DNA of 64,000 bases from a virus (IMGVR_UViG_3300006116_000001:193-64192), one strand, 5' to 3'. Positions 9,018 through 17,771 are shown, counted from the stretch's first letter. Notes: generated by a model not told the origin, from the sequence alone. Translations and numbers: made by a program.

Positions 9018-9191
9018 ATGCGCCTTTCTTCAGAAGACCTGCTTGACGCCCTCAATGCCGCTAAGGAGGCAGAGTGGGACTGCGACGACGACATCTATTA
9101 CCAAGGCTGCAGCGTCGACGATACAAAAGACTCTCGCGGCCAGCCCTTGAGACCCTACTACAACGAGGGCGGCGAGCCTTACTGGATGTAA
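9018..9191 (+). CDS. Small acidic hypothetical protein (57 aa, below ORF-track cutoff)
   Basis: GGAG RBS; MRLSSEDLLDALNAAKEAEWDCDDDIYYQG...GGEPYWM. Confidence 0.6.
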   Translation: MRLSSEDLLDALNAAKEAEWDCDDDIYYQGCSVDDTKDSRGQPLRPYYNEGGEPYWM

Positions 9192-9274
9192 CCACCCTAC
9201 CACCGCGGACAACCCGCCCAAGCCCGGAGCCGAAAGGTGGCCGGGCTTTTGGGGTGTAACTAAGGAGATGAAAG

Positions 9275-9457
9275 ATGAGCCCGCAGCAATTAATCCTTGA
9301 AATGATCGCCGCCGAACATCGCTTGGCAAATGAGCCCGACGCGCGCCGCGTGATCCGGAATGAGCGTCAAACACTTCAGGTCGCGTTAAGCGCCCGTCAA
9401 GGCAACATTCGAGAAGTCGCCGCGGAGGCCTTACGCGTTCTAAAGATGTGGCTTTAG
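9275..9457 (+). CDS. Hypothetical protein
   Basis: 60-aa ORF, AAGGAG RBS. Confidence 0.6.
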   Translation: MSPQQLILEMIAAEHRLANEPDARRVIRNERQTLQVALSARQGNIREVAAEALRVLKMWL

Positions 9458-9488
9458 CGCCCCTTCACCATCTAACAGGAGAATAGCG

Positions 9489-9656
9489 ATGACCCCATGG
9501 CCCAAAGACGCTGAAGGCAAAAACATTTCTCTCGGCAAACTTCCTAAAAATGTTCAGCGTCAATTGATGATTGAAAGCGCAGAGCGCGTTAAGCGCACGT
9601 TCGAGCATCCGAAAATGACGCGCCTCATTGAAGCAATTTTGAAAGATTGCCCATGA
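9489..9656 (+). CDS. Hypothetical protein (55 aa)
   Basis: AGGAG RBS; MTPWPKDAEGKNISLGKLP...LKDCP; ATGA overlap with the next gene. Confidence 0.55.
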   Translation: MTPWPKDAEGKNISLGKLPKNVQRQLMIESAERVKRTFEHPKMTRLIEAILKDCP

Positions 9657-9832
9657 CCACCAGTGCAACCATCCCAATCACCGTAACCGCTAATCAATAT
9701 GCCCTCCTCGTTGCCTACGGCTTTTCACCAACAAAAGCCGCTGAGATCGTCCTAGACGCCAAACGCGGCGACCCTTACGCCATTGAATGGCTTAACATCG
9801 TTCTCAAACAAACCAAGGACCCTCGCTCATGA
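9653..9832 (+). CDS. Hypothetical protein
   Basis: ATGA-coupled on both sides. Confidence 0.55.
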   Translation: MTTSATIPITVTANQYALLVAYGFSPTKAAEIVLDAKRGDPYAIEWLNIVLKQTKDPRS

Positions 9833-10095
9833 CCGTTCACGTTAGCACTTCAATTCAGTTAAACACCGCAGACGGTTACGTTAGCACTTCAATTCAGTTA
9901 GACACCGCAGACGGCGATGTATCGTTTGTCGGTATCGCATGCATTCCGCAAAAGGTCGTTGTGAATCTGAGGGTCAATTTTTGGGATTACGCGTCAATCG
10001 TCCTAACCGCCACCCAAGCCCGCGACCTCGCCGCCGTCCTCCTCGCCGAAGCGGCGCGGGCGGATGCTTATAATGGGGAGGTAGGAGAACTATAA
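9829..10095 (+). CDS. Hypothetical protein with a 13-aa internal duplication
   Basis: VSTSIQLNTADGY / VSTSIQLDTADGD. Confidence 0.6.
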   Translation: MTVHVSTSIQLNTADGYVSTSIQLDTADGDVSFVGIACIPQKVVVNLRVNFWDYASIVLTATQARDLAAVLLAEAARADAYNGEVGEL

Positions 10096-10101
10096 TCTGA
10101 C

Positions 10102-10138
10102 GAATAGGCCAAGGCAACAGGATAGCCTTGGCCTATTC
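10102..10138. terminator. Perfect 14-bp hairpin, probable terminator
   Basis: GAATAGGCCAAGGC-9nt-GCCTTGGCCTATTC. Confidence 0.65.
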
Positions 10139-10220
10139 TTACCATTTACAACCGCCCTATAGTCGTCTAGGATGGCCACCTACCCAAAATAAACGCCAAC
10201 TAAAGAACTAAAGGACAATT

Positions 10221-10772
10221 ATGCCAAACCATATGATGGTGGACCTTGAGACCCTTGACACCTCCCCCAGGTCCCTTATCCTTCAGGTGGGGCTCGTGGT
10301 CTTTGACCCTGATGACGACCAAAGGTCCTTTATCTCTAGGTCTTGGAACGTTGACCTAGGCTCCTGCCACGTCCTTGGCGGCACCTACTCCGAGTCAACC
10401 CTCCTCTGGTGGCTTACAAACACAGAGGAGGCAAGGCGGTCCGTAGCCCAGGGCCCACGGGCCCCTATCACCACCGTCCTCCAAGAGCTTGGTCAAACAT
10501 ACCGCTCTAACGGCTGCCAGGCGGTCTGGTCCCACGGCGCCACCTTTGATATCCCAATCCTTGCCTACTACTACGACCGGCTGAAGGCGCCCTTGCCTTG
10601 GAAGTTTTGGGCGGCTAGGGACACAAGGACCCTGTTTGCCCTAGCTAAGGATCTCGCTGGTCATGATATAGAGAAGAGGACGGTTGCGCACACGGCTGAG
10701 GCTGACGCTAGGGCGCAGGCTGAGGACGTTCAGGCGGCGCTTAAGGCGTTGAGAGAAAGGACCTTGGGATAG
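10221..10772 (+). CDS. DEDDh 3'-5' exonuclease (Rv2179c/DexA-like)
   Basis: MVDLETL (ExoI), SHGATFD (ExoII), RDTRT, HTAEADA (ExoIII). Confidence 0.85.
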   Translation: MPNHMMVDLETLDTSPRSLILQVGLVVFDPDDDQRSFISRSWNVDLGSCHVLGGTYSESTLLWWLTNTEEARRSVAQGPRAPITTVLQELGQTYRSNGCQAVWSHGATFDIPILAYYYDRLKAPLPWKFWAARDTRTLFALAKDLAGHDIEKRTVAHTAEADARAQAEDVQAALKALRERTLG

Positions 10773-10775
10773 CCT

Positions 10776-11486
10776 CTAGAGGTCCGCAGCAAGGTCTTCT
10801 GCTACTTTTTTATCTCTAACCATGGCAGAGTGCTTGGTACGCCAAATTAAGCATTCCTCAGCAATCTTTCTTTTGTAGTTTAAGGCTGAATATTCACCCC
10901 TATAAAGATGTTCAATAAGCCTTACAGCTGTTGAGCCGTTTACTGATACTCTAAAAATAGACCTTGCTGTTCCAACTTTTGGTCTCTTATAGCCAAAACC
11001 TTCAATCCAGTCTGCACACCTAGTCATGTCATGTAGGCTGCCAGACCAAGCTATAACTGGATATCTATAGCCTCTGTTTTTAACCCAAGCAACTGTTCCA
11101 TCACCGTCGCAAAGACCTCGCCAAAAATGCTTAGATTCGTATATATCCTCTCGCAGTTCTTTTTTAAGATTTAAGGCTAGGAGAGGATAATATGGCTTTG
11201 ACGAGGAAGCAATATACATTTGACCCTTAGTCTCTCCAGTTAATTCATCCTTTTTAGCAAAGCTATTTTTTCCATGTTTTCTTGATGAAACTTTTCCTTC
11301 GCCTTTAACGTAATATAAAAAAGCTTGAACAGGTTCCTCGTGAACCTGTGCAAATACCACGCAACCTCCTTTTTTTCTGTATAGACCAGGTTTATATTCC
11401 TGGCCTACAATAGAGTTCATACAACCGTCTGCTTGAAGATACCCTATCCAATACAGGTCTTGGTCAGTCAAAGGATCAGTAAACAT
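10776..11486 (-). mobile_element. Free-standing double-motif LAGLIDADG homing endonuclease, antisense to its neighbours
   Basis: YWIGYLQADGCM and HFWRGLCDGDGTV motifs; AT-rich; opposite strand to the operon. Confidence 0.85.
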
Positions 11487-11511
11487 TTTTGGTGTTAATT
11501 CCTAATAATCA

Positions 11512-11528
11512 AGTGTATATTATACACT
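11512..11528. promoter_or_regulatory. Perfect palindrome between divergent genes
   Basis: AGTGTATA-T-TATACACT. Confidence 0.55.
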
Positions 11529-11562
11529 GTGATGCTAACCAAGTACACTATGGAGAAAAACC

Positions 11563-12510
11563 TTGGCAAACGCTAGAGGTAAGGAGATAGACACCACCGA
11601 CCTTGACATCGACGCCGGTGAGGAAAGAATAATTCAGCACAGAGACCTCAGCGCTCATGTTTGGCGATGGACCCATGTTGCTAAACGTCTTGGGACAGGC
11701 GGCCGTTATAAGACCTCTAACGTGCTTGACATAGGCTGCGGTTGCGATCTTCCCTTGGCCCGTATGCTATACTCAAACCGCTTTATTCCAAATGACTATT
11801 GCGGCGTGGACTATAACCCGTCAAAAAAATTTAAGACCTCCATGTTTAATAACGGTCGCTTTCCGTTATACGCCTATGGCGCCGTAGACTTTGCCTCAGA
11901 AAAGGTTCTCATTCGCCCTCCTGAGATGGGGGAGATCACTGACAGCCTATGCCTATATGTTGATGGGGATAACTTTGAGGCCGAGCACACCCTACCCAAC
12001 GTTTTAGTATCGTTTGAAAACCTAGAGCACGTCGAGGCGGGCCACATCAGGCGCCTGCTTATAAAGATGCTAGAGGTGATGCGAGCCACACTTAGGGTTA
12101 AAAATGAGGAGCCTGTGGCCTTTATCTCAACACCTTGCTATGACGCCAAGGTTGGGGCTGCTGCTAACCACTGCAGCGAGGTAACTCGAGACGCCCTAGG
12201 GGCCGTCATGGAGGACCTAGGTTTTTCTATCCTTGAAAACTATGGGACTTTTGCCTCTATCAAGGACTATAGGGATAACCTGCTCAAAGAACGCCCCGAG
12301 CTTACAAGGCTTTATCATGAGCTCCACGCCTACTATGACGTTAACGCTCTAGCTAACTTTTTTGCACCAATTGTCCCACAGTGGTCTAGAAACAACATAT
12401 GGGTTGTTGGGATAGCAAAGGAAGGCTATGAACGTAGGTTCCCCTCCCTCTCAAGCGTCCCTGGCCCCTGGACCTCTAGCGACCGCTGGCGTGAGCTGGC
12501 GGGAGAATAG
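11563..12510 (+). CDS. Class I SAM-dependent methyltransferase (small-molecule type)
   Basis: VLDIGCG motif I; YCGVDYN motif II; VSFENLEHV; AFISTP; TTG start with GGAG RBS. Confidence 0.8.
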   Translation: MANARGKEIDTTDLDIDAGEERIIQHRDLSAHVWRWTHVAKRLGTGGRYKTSNVLDIGCGCDLPLARMLYSNRFIPNDYCGVDYNPSKKFKTSMFNNGRFPLYAYGAVDFASEKVLIRPPEMGEITDSLCLYVDGDNFEAEHTLPNVLVSFENLEHVEAGHIRRLLIKMLEVMRATLRVKNEEPVAFISTPCYDAKVGAAANHCSEVTRDALGAVMEDLGFSILENYGTFASIKDYRDNLLKERPELTRLYHELHAYYDVNALANFFAPIVPQWSRNNIWVVGIAKEGYERRFPSLSSVPGPWTSSDRWRELAGE

Positions 12511-12551
12511 CCCCACAACCCTTAAATCCTACCCATCAAGGAGCACCCCAC

Positions 12552-13127
12552 GTGACAACGGACACCCCTCGAGACAAACTCTATAGAGACACCGCCCGCC
12601 GGATAGTCGAGATCATCTACCCGGAGGCTTCACCCGAAAGAAAAGGCAACGCCATGCGGACGGTCGTCCACCAGATGCGTGAAAGCCTCGCCCTGATGAC
12701 CCACGACATCAGGGAGTTTCATGAAAAGTTTGGCCTAGGCTACGACGGGCCGCCAAGGCTGCTTTCCCACGACCTTCGTGAGCTACGAGCCAAGCGGCTG
12801 ATAGAGGAGGCCGAGGAGTACCTTAACGCCGACCTGTCAGAGGAGCAGGACGAGGACGGCGTAAACTTTCAAGCCACCCCCGAGGAGCAGATGGAGGCCG
12901 AGCTAGACGCCCTCGTCGACGTCGTGTACGTGGCCCTTGGGACAGCCTACCTAAGCGGCTACCCCTTTGCCAAGGCATGGCAGCGGGTCCATGCGGCCAA
13001 CATGGCCAAGGTTCGCGCTGAGCGGGCAGAGGACAGCAAGCATGGCTCAACCTACGACATCATAAAGCCTGAGGGTTGGGTCCCCCCGTCACACAAGGAC
13101 CTTTTGTTCCCGTCAGCTGAGGGGTAG
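12552..13127 (+). CDS. All-alpha NTP pyrophosphatase (MazG-like/DR2231-type dUTPase family)
   Basis: LIEEAEEYL...ELDALVDVVYV...AWQRVHAANMAKV...IIKPEGWVPP. Confidence 0.85.
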   Translation: MTTDTPRDKLYRDTARRIVEIIYPEASPERKGNAMRTVVHQMRESLALMTHDIREFHEKFGLGYDGPPRLLSHDLRELRAKRLIEEAEEYLNADLSEEQDEDGVNFQATPEEQMEAELDALVDVVYVALGTAYLSGYPFAKAWQRVHAANMAKVRAERAEDSKHGSTYDIIKPEGWVPPSHKDLLFPSAEG

Positions 13128-13133
13128 CCTCCC

Positions 13134-14165
13134 ATGCCCCTTCAAAGTTTTCCAATAATAGCCCTTGTTGGGCCCGATGCAACAGGCAAGTCGACACTAG
13201 CTGCCAAGCTAGGGGAGCTCTACAACTACCAGTATCAGCACGCGACCTACCGGTTTAAGGACAAGATGGACCTCTACCACCTTGCCTACCTTGACCTTGC
13301 CTTAAGGAAGTCGGTCAACGGCCCCGTCGTCATGGACCGTTGGTGGCCGTGCGAGCACGCCTACGCTGAGGTCTTTCGCCAAGGCCCCAGCTCCCCCAGC
13401 TACCAATGGCCCTACTACGGGCAGATGCTTGACCGTGTCGCCCTTAAGCACGGCGTCCTTTATGTCTTTTGTTTGCCTAGGGACAAGGGCCGATACTTGG
13501 CCCACTTTGATAGGACAAGGCGGCAACGACCTGAGATGTTTGACAGCGTCTCAGCCGTCTATGACCAGTATGAGAGGCTCCTTAGCGGCCTTAAGGGCCA
13601 CCCTAACCTTATACGCTACGACATCTTTGACGACGCCAAGCCTTTTTACTCCGAGCTTAACAGCCTGGCGTGGCGCTCGTTTGTCTCGGCCACCTCCGGC
13701 GCCGACTTTGCCGCAGGTATTGACGACCGGCGCTTTGCCGGTAACCTTAACGCCAGGCTTCTTTTGATTGGGGATAGGTCTAACAAACGCACGAGAAGGA
13801 CCTCCTACCCCTTTATCGCCGGCCACTCTTGCTCGCCCTGGATCACTAGGGCCCTAAGCAACCTTGGCGTCAAGGAGGCCGACGTGGCCTGGGTTAACCT
13901 TCATGACGAGAGGGGCCGCGTCCAGTGGACCAAGGTCGAGCTTGACGCCTTCTATCACATGACGTTTGTGGCGATGGGCGCCTCTGCCCAGGCCTCCTTG
14001 ACCAAGATGGGCTATCGCTTTGAGCGGGTCCCTCACCCGCAATACTACACAAGGTTTCACCACCATGTGACCAGGCCTGAGCGGCTAGTCAAGCTGTTTG
14101 AGGACCACGGGCTTTTTTCTACGCCAGCCAAGGTTATCTATGACCCTCTTAGGGAGTATGCGTGA
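13134..14165 (+). CDS. P-loop dNMP kinase fused to a uracil-DNA-glycosylase-like domain
   Basis: GPDATGKST Walker A and MDRWWPCEHAY (TMK-like DR motif); C-terminal LLLIGDRSN...VAMG...VPHPQY resembles the UDG fold. Confidence 0.7.
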   Translation: MPLQSFPIIALVGPDATGKSTLAAKLGELYNYQYQHATYRFKDKMDLYHLAYLDLALRKSVNGPVVMDRWWPCEHAYAEVFRQGPSSPSYQWPYYGQMLDRVALKHGVLYVFCLPRDKGRYLAHFDRTRRQRPEMFDSVSAVYDQYERLLSGLKGHPNLIRYDIFDDAKPFYSELNSLAWRSFVSATSGADFAAGIDDRRFAGNLNARLLLIGDRSNKRTRRTSYPFIAGHSCSPWITRALSNLGVKEADVAWVNLHDERGRVQWTKVELDAFYHMTFVAMGASAQASLTKMGYRFERVPHPQYYTRFHHHVTRPERLVKLFEDHGLFSTPAKVIYDPLREYA

Positions 14166-15037
14166 TGGTTGCCGCTAGGATGGAAAAAGACAAGACGCCT
14201 AGCACCAAGATAGAAAAAGGCAAGACGCCCAACGTCAACCAGGTTTGGCTTTCCCTACTTGAGGAGATCATGATAAGGGGCCAGGAGTGCGCCCCAAGGG
14301 GGAAGGCGATCAAGGAGCTTTTGGGCTATCAGACAAAAATTAGCATGAGAAGCCCCGTAGTCACGGTTGCCGCAAGACGCCTTGGCTATAGGTTTGCCGC
14401 AGCCGAGGCCGCCTGGATCTTGTCAGGGGACAACCGTGTCTCCACCATCGCCCCTTACGCCTCCCACATCTCACAGTTTTCTGACGACGGCCTGAGGTTT
14501 TTTGGCGCCTATGGGGTCAAGGTCGTTGACCAGCTGCCCTACGTGTGTGAGGCCCTTGCCAAGGACCCCGACACCCGTCAGGCTGTCATAAACATCTGGC
14601 GAGAGAGCCCTAGGCCCTCTAAGGACATCCCCTGCACCTTGTCCCTTCAGTGGCTCATCAGGGATGGTAGCCTACACTGCCTTGACACCATGCGCTCTTC
14701 TGACGCCTGGCTTGGTTGGCCCTATGACGTCATTAACATGAGCCTAATCAGCGCCTACATAAGGCTTGTCCTTAAAACTAGGTATGGCGTTGAGGTTGGC
14801 CTTGGGGACCTAACGCTGACCGCGGGCTCCCAGCATCTGTACGCTGACAATTGGCCCGCTGTTCAAAAGATCCTAGCTGGCGATGACCTAGCCTTGCCTA
14901 CCCCAGACCTTCAGGTGGCTCTCGAGAATATTCCGCTTATTGCTCTTAATACTGAGAACCTTGTTAGCTGTCTTTGGCATATGGCTAACCACGGAGGCCT
15001 TTTAGACGGGATGTCTTTGGCGGAGAAAGGCCTTTGA
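14162..15037 (+). CDS. Thymidylate-synthase-family pyrimidine C5 (hydroxy)methylase, Asp-type
   Basis: DPDTRQAVI, DIPCTL (catalytic Cys), MRSSD, LGWPYDV (Asp where ThyA has Asn177), GSQHLY. Confidence 0.85.
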   Translation: MMVAARMEKDKTPSTKIEKGKTPNVNQVWLSLLEEIMIRGQECAPRGKAIKELLGYQTKISMRSPVVTVAARRLGYRFAAAEAAWILSGDNRVSTIAPYASHISQFSDDGLRFFGAYGVKVVDQLPYVCEALAKDPDTRQAVINIWRESPRPSKDIPCTLSLQWLIRDGSLHCLDTMRSSDAWLGWPYDVINMSLISAYIRLVLKTRYGVEVGLGDLTLTAGSQHLYADNWPAVQKILAGDDLALPTPDLQVALENIPLIALNTENLVSCLWHMANHGGLLDGMSLAEKGL

Positions 15038-15504
15038 ACCGCCCTGACGCCCACACCTACTTTATGTCGATGGCTATCCTTGTCTCAACAAGGGGCACGT
15101 GCCCTAGGCGAAGGGTTGGCTGTGTCCTTGTGGACAGCAACAATTTTGTCCTAGCTACTGGCTATAACGGGACCGCCTCAGGGCTTCCCCACTGCCTAGA
15201 CCAGCCCTGCCCAGGGGCAGGGCTGGCATCGGGGCAGGGGCTAGAGCTTTGCGAGGCCGTTCATGCTGAAAGTAACGCCCTAACCCAGTGCCGTGACACT
15301 CGTGCTATCCAGTCGGTCTACGCCACCACCGCCCCCTGCGTCTCATGCACCAAGATGCTCATAAACACCAGCGCTAAAGCCATCTACTATCTCAGCGACT
15401 ACCCTCAGAAGGAGGCCGAGGGCCTTTGGCGGCGGTCAAGGCCTGGGCGTGAGTGGGTTAGATGGACCGGGACCCTCTTAAGGATGGGGTTTCATGAAAG
15501 GTAG
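15034..15504 (+). CDS. dCMP deaminase (ComEB family)
   Basis: TCPRRRVGCVLV, ATGYNG, VHAESNAL, PCVSC zinc ligands. Confidence 0.92.
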   Translation: MNRPDAHTYFMSMAILVSTRGTCPRRRVGCVLVDSNNFVLATGYNGTASGLPHCLDQPCPGAGLASGQGLELCEAVHAESNALTQCRDTRAIQSVYATTAPCVSCTKMLINTSAKAIYYLSDYPQKEAEGLWRRSRPGREWVRWTGTLLRMGFHER

Positions 15505-17458
15505 AAAATTTGTCCCTAACCCAACGCAGCTCCCCCTTTTCACCCCTGAGTCAGCGTGGCGGTGCCCTGACCCGATAGACTGGCCGGATTTTAGGGGGAG
15601 CTGTAAGGTAATAGGGTTAGATATAGAGTCTTATGACCCAAATCTATTAGAAAGAGGTCCAGGCTTTATCAGGGGTGACGCTCGTGTGGTTGGTATCTCT
15701 CTTGCCTCTGGTGATGGCCAAAAGATCTACCTTCCTATAGGCCACAGTCAGGACAATGTAGCTGATGTTAGGCAAGCTATTAACTATGTAAGGTATCAGC
15801 TAGGCGACCCAAGCATACTCTACTGTGGGGCCAATCTTTTATATGACCTTGAAGGGCTCCATACCCTAGGCATAGAGGTTAAGGGAAAGCTAGGAGATAT
15901 ACAGGTTGCTGAGCCTCTACTAGATGAAGAAAAAGAAGGCGGGTATAGCCTTAACGCGTTAGCTAAAGAATACCTTAATGAAACTAAAGATGAGCTTATA
16001 TTAAACGAGGCTGCTGCGGCATACGGTGTTTCTCCAAAAGGCGGGATGAATATTATACCAGCCCGATTTGTTGCTGAATATGCCGAGACCGATGCCTACC
16101 TACCAGTAAAGATATTTGAAAAGCAGGCAGAGTCTTTAAAAAAAGAAGATTGTTGGGGCGTTTTTCTTATGGAGCAAAGGCTTCAAAAAACGCTATTAAA
16201 GATGCGCTTAAGAGGCTGTAGGCTTGATGTTTTAAAGACTGAGCAGCTAAACGAGCAATTTTTAAAGGATGAGGTTCTATACTTTTCTAATGTTCAAGAG
16301 CATAGGGGGTTAGGCCCAAGGATTAACCCTGCATCAGCCGTAGACGTAGCAAGGGTGCTTCGTGAGCAAGGCGTGTTTGATATCCCGGTCACAGCAAAAG
16401 GTGCTGACTCCATATCAAATGAGTGGTTAGAGGGTCTTGACCTACCATTTGCAAAGGCAGTATACGCTTGGCGAAGGGTAGCCAAGTACAGAGGAGATTT
16501 TATTGAAAAATTCCTAAAAGAACAGGTTAAGGGCCGCCTTCACTCAAACTGGCACTCACTACGTAATTTTAACGAGGAAAAAGGCTCAGCCTTTGGAACA
16601 AGGTCCGGTAGACTCTCTGCAACTAATGTAAACTTGACCCAAATACCGGCAAGGGATGAGGAATATGGGTCAGTTATACGTAGTCTTTTTATAGCAGATG
16701 AAGGTAAAGTTTTTTTAAAGGGGGATGAGTCACAACAGGAATTTAGATGGACTCTTGACTATGCCGTAAGACTCCGTTTAACAGGTGCTGCTGAGGCTAA
16801 CCAGCGCTATCTAGATGACCCTAGGACCGACTTTCACTCTATGACCCAAGCCCTAATACTTGAAAAAACCGGTCGTGATATAGGGCGCTTCATGGCTAAG
16901 ACTGTAAATCTTTCAAGGCTTTATGGCGCCGGGGTAAACAAAGTTTCACTGATGTTAGGAGTTACTCCTGATGAGGCCAAAACAATAATAGAGGCTTGGA
17001 ACGCAGGCCTGCCTTTTGTTAGAGAGCTTGAGGCAAGGATAACAAAGGCAGCTAATGAAAGGGGTTGGGTAAAAACAATATCAGGGTATAAAAGAAGGTT
17101 TCCTTTATGGGAGCCAGCTGATAGACAAGCCTTTGGTTATGTCAAACCAATAAAAGACCTTAATAAAGCGATTAAGCTTTGGGGTAAGGTAAAGCGAGCT
17201 TACACGCACAAGGCCATGAATAGCGTAATTCAAGGAAGTAGCTCTTCGCAGATAAAGCAAGTGCTAATTCAACTTGATGATGAAAACCTAACCTGTAATG
17301 CCTGCATCCATGATGAGGTCATAGGTTCTTATGAAACTAACGAGGAGTTTAAAAGAGTCAAATGGATCATGGAAAATGCTGTAGAGACAAAGGTACCTTT
17401 TCTTGCAGACGTTGGTGTGGGTCCTAATTGGGCAGAAACTAAAAAAATTACTGACTAA
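15494..17458 (+). CDS. DNA polymerase family A with 3'-5' exonuclease
   Basis: GLDIES, GANLLYDL, YAETD (exonuclease); SGRLS; GDESQQEFR (motif A); AKTVNLSRLYG (motif B); IHDE (motif C). Confidence 0.93.
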   Translation: MKGRKFVPNPTQLPLFTPESAWRCPDPIDWPDFRGSCKVIGLDIESYDPNLLERGPGFIRGDARVVGISLASGDGQKIYLPIGHSQDNVADVRQAINYVRYQLGDPSILYCGANLLYDLEGLHTLGIEVKGKLGDIQVAEPLLDEEKEGGYSLNALAKEYLNETKDELILNEAAAAYGVSPKGGMNIIPARFVAEYAETDAYLPVKIFEKQAESLKKEDCWGVFLMEQRLQKTLLKMRLRGCRLDVLKTEQLNEQFLKDEVLYFSNVQEHRGLGPRINPASAVDVARVLREQGVFDIPVTAKGADSISNEWLEGLDLPFAKAVYAWRRVAKYRGDFIEKFLKEQVKGRLHSNWHSLRNFNEEKGSAFGTRSGRLSATNVNLTQIPARDEEYGSVIRSLFIADEGKVFLKGDESQQEFRWTLDYAVRLRLTGAAEANQRYLDDPRTDFHSMTQALILEKTGRDIGRFMAKTVNLSRLYGAGVNKVSLMLGVTPDEAKTIIEAWNAGLPFVRELEARITKAANERGWVKTISGYKRRFPLWEPADRQAFGYVKPIKDLNKAIKLWGKVKRAYTHKAMNSVIQGSSSSQIKQVLIQLDDENLTCNACIHDEVIGSYETNEEFKRVKWIMENAVETKVPFLADVGVGPNWAETKKITD

Positions 17459-17543
17459 GCCTTTGAAGGTCCCAATTATTTAAATTTTTCTTACATTCTT
17501 CAGGAAGCCTACTTTTTCCTAAACAACGCCATGGAGATCTCCC

Positions 17544-17771
17544 GTGATTGACAAGACTACCATCATCAGCACGCCAGCCTATTGCCACCGCACCTCTCAG
17601 ACCGTTCAGCTGATCTCCCTCAATGGCGACGAAAAGACTGCCACGTGGTGCAGCAAGGGCCGGTCGGTCTTTGAGGGTGACGTGCCGGGTTGGGGCCTCC
17701 TTTGGGCCTCTTGGTGGTACTCAAGGGACAAGGGCCTGATCGACCCCCACGACCCACAATGGCACAAATGA
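17544..17771 (+). CDS. Hypothetical protein
   Basis: 75-aa ORF, GGAG RBS. Confidence 0.5.
   Translation: MIDKTTIISTPAYCHRTSQTVQLISLNGDEKTATWCSKGRSVFEGDVPGWGLLWASWWYSRDKGLIDPHDPQWHK

Noticed and set aside
10776-11486. Group I intron or intein housing the LAGLIDADG gene
   Set aside because: Flanking genes are complete and the endonuclease is intergenic and antisense; polymerase and helicases show no intein-sized inserts
11563-12510. Calling this a DNA methyltransferase
   Set aside because: Lacks the NPPY/DPPY/SPPY and PC catalytic motifs
10221-17458. 2-aminoadenine (PurZ) or 7-deazaguanine (DpdA/Que) pathway, or glycosylated hmC
   Set aside because: No PurZ, QueC/D/E, FolE, DpdA or glycosyltransferase motifs recognised
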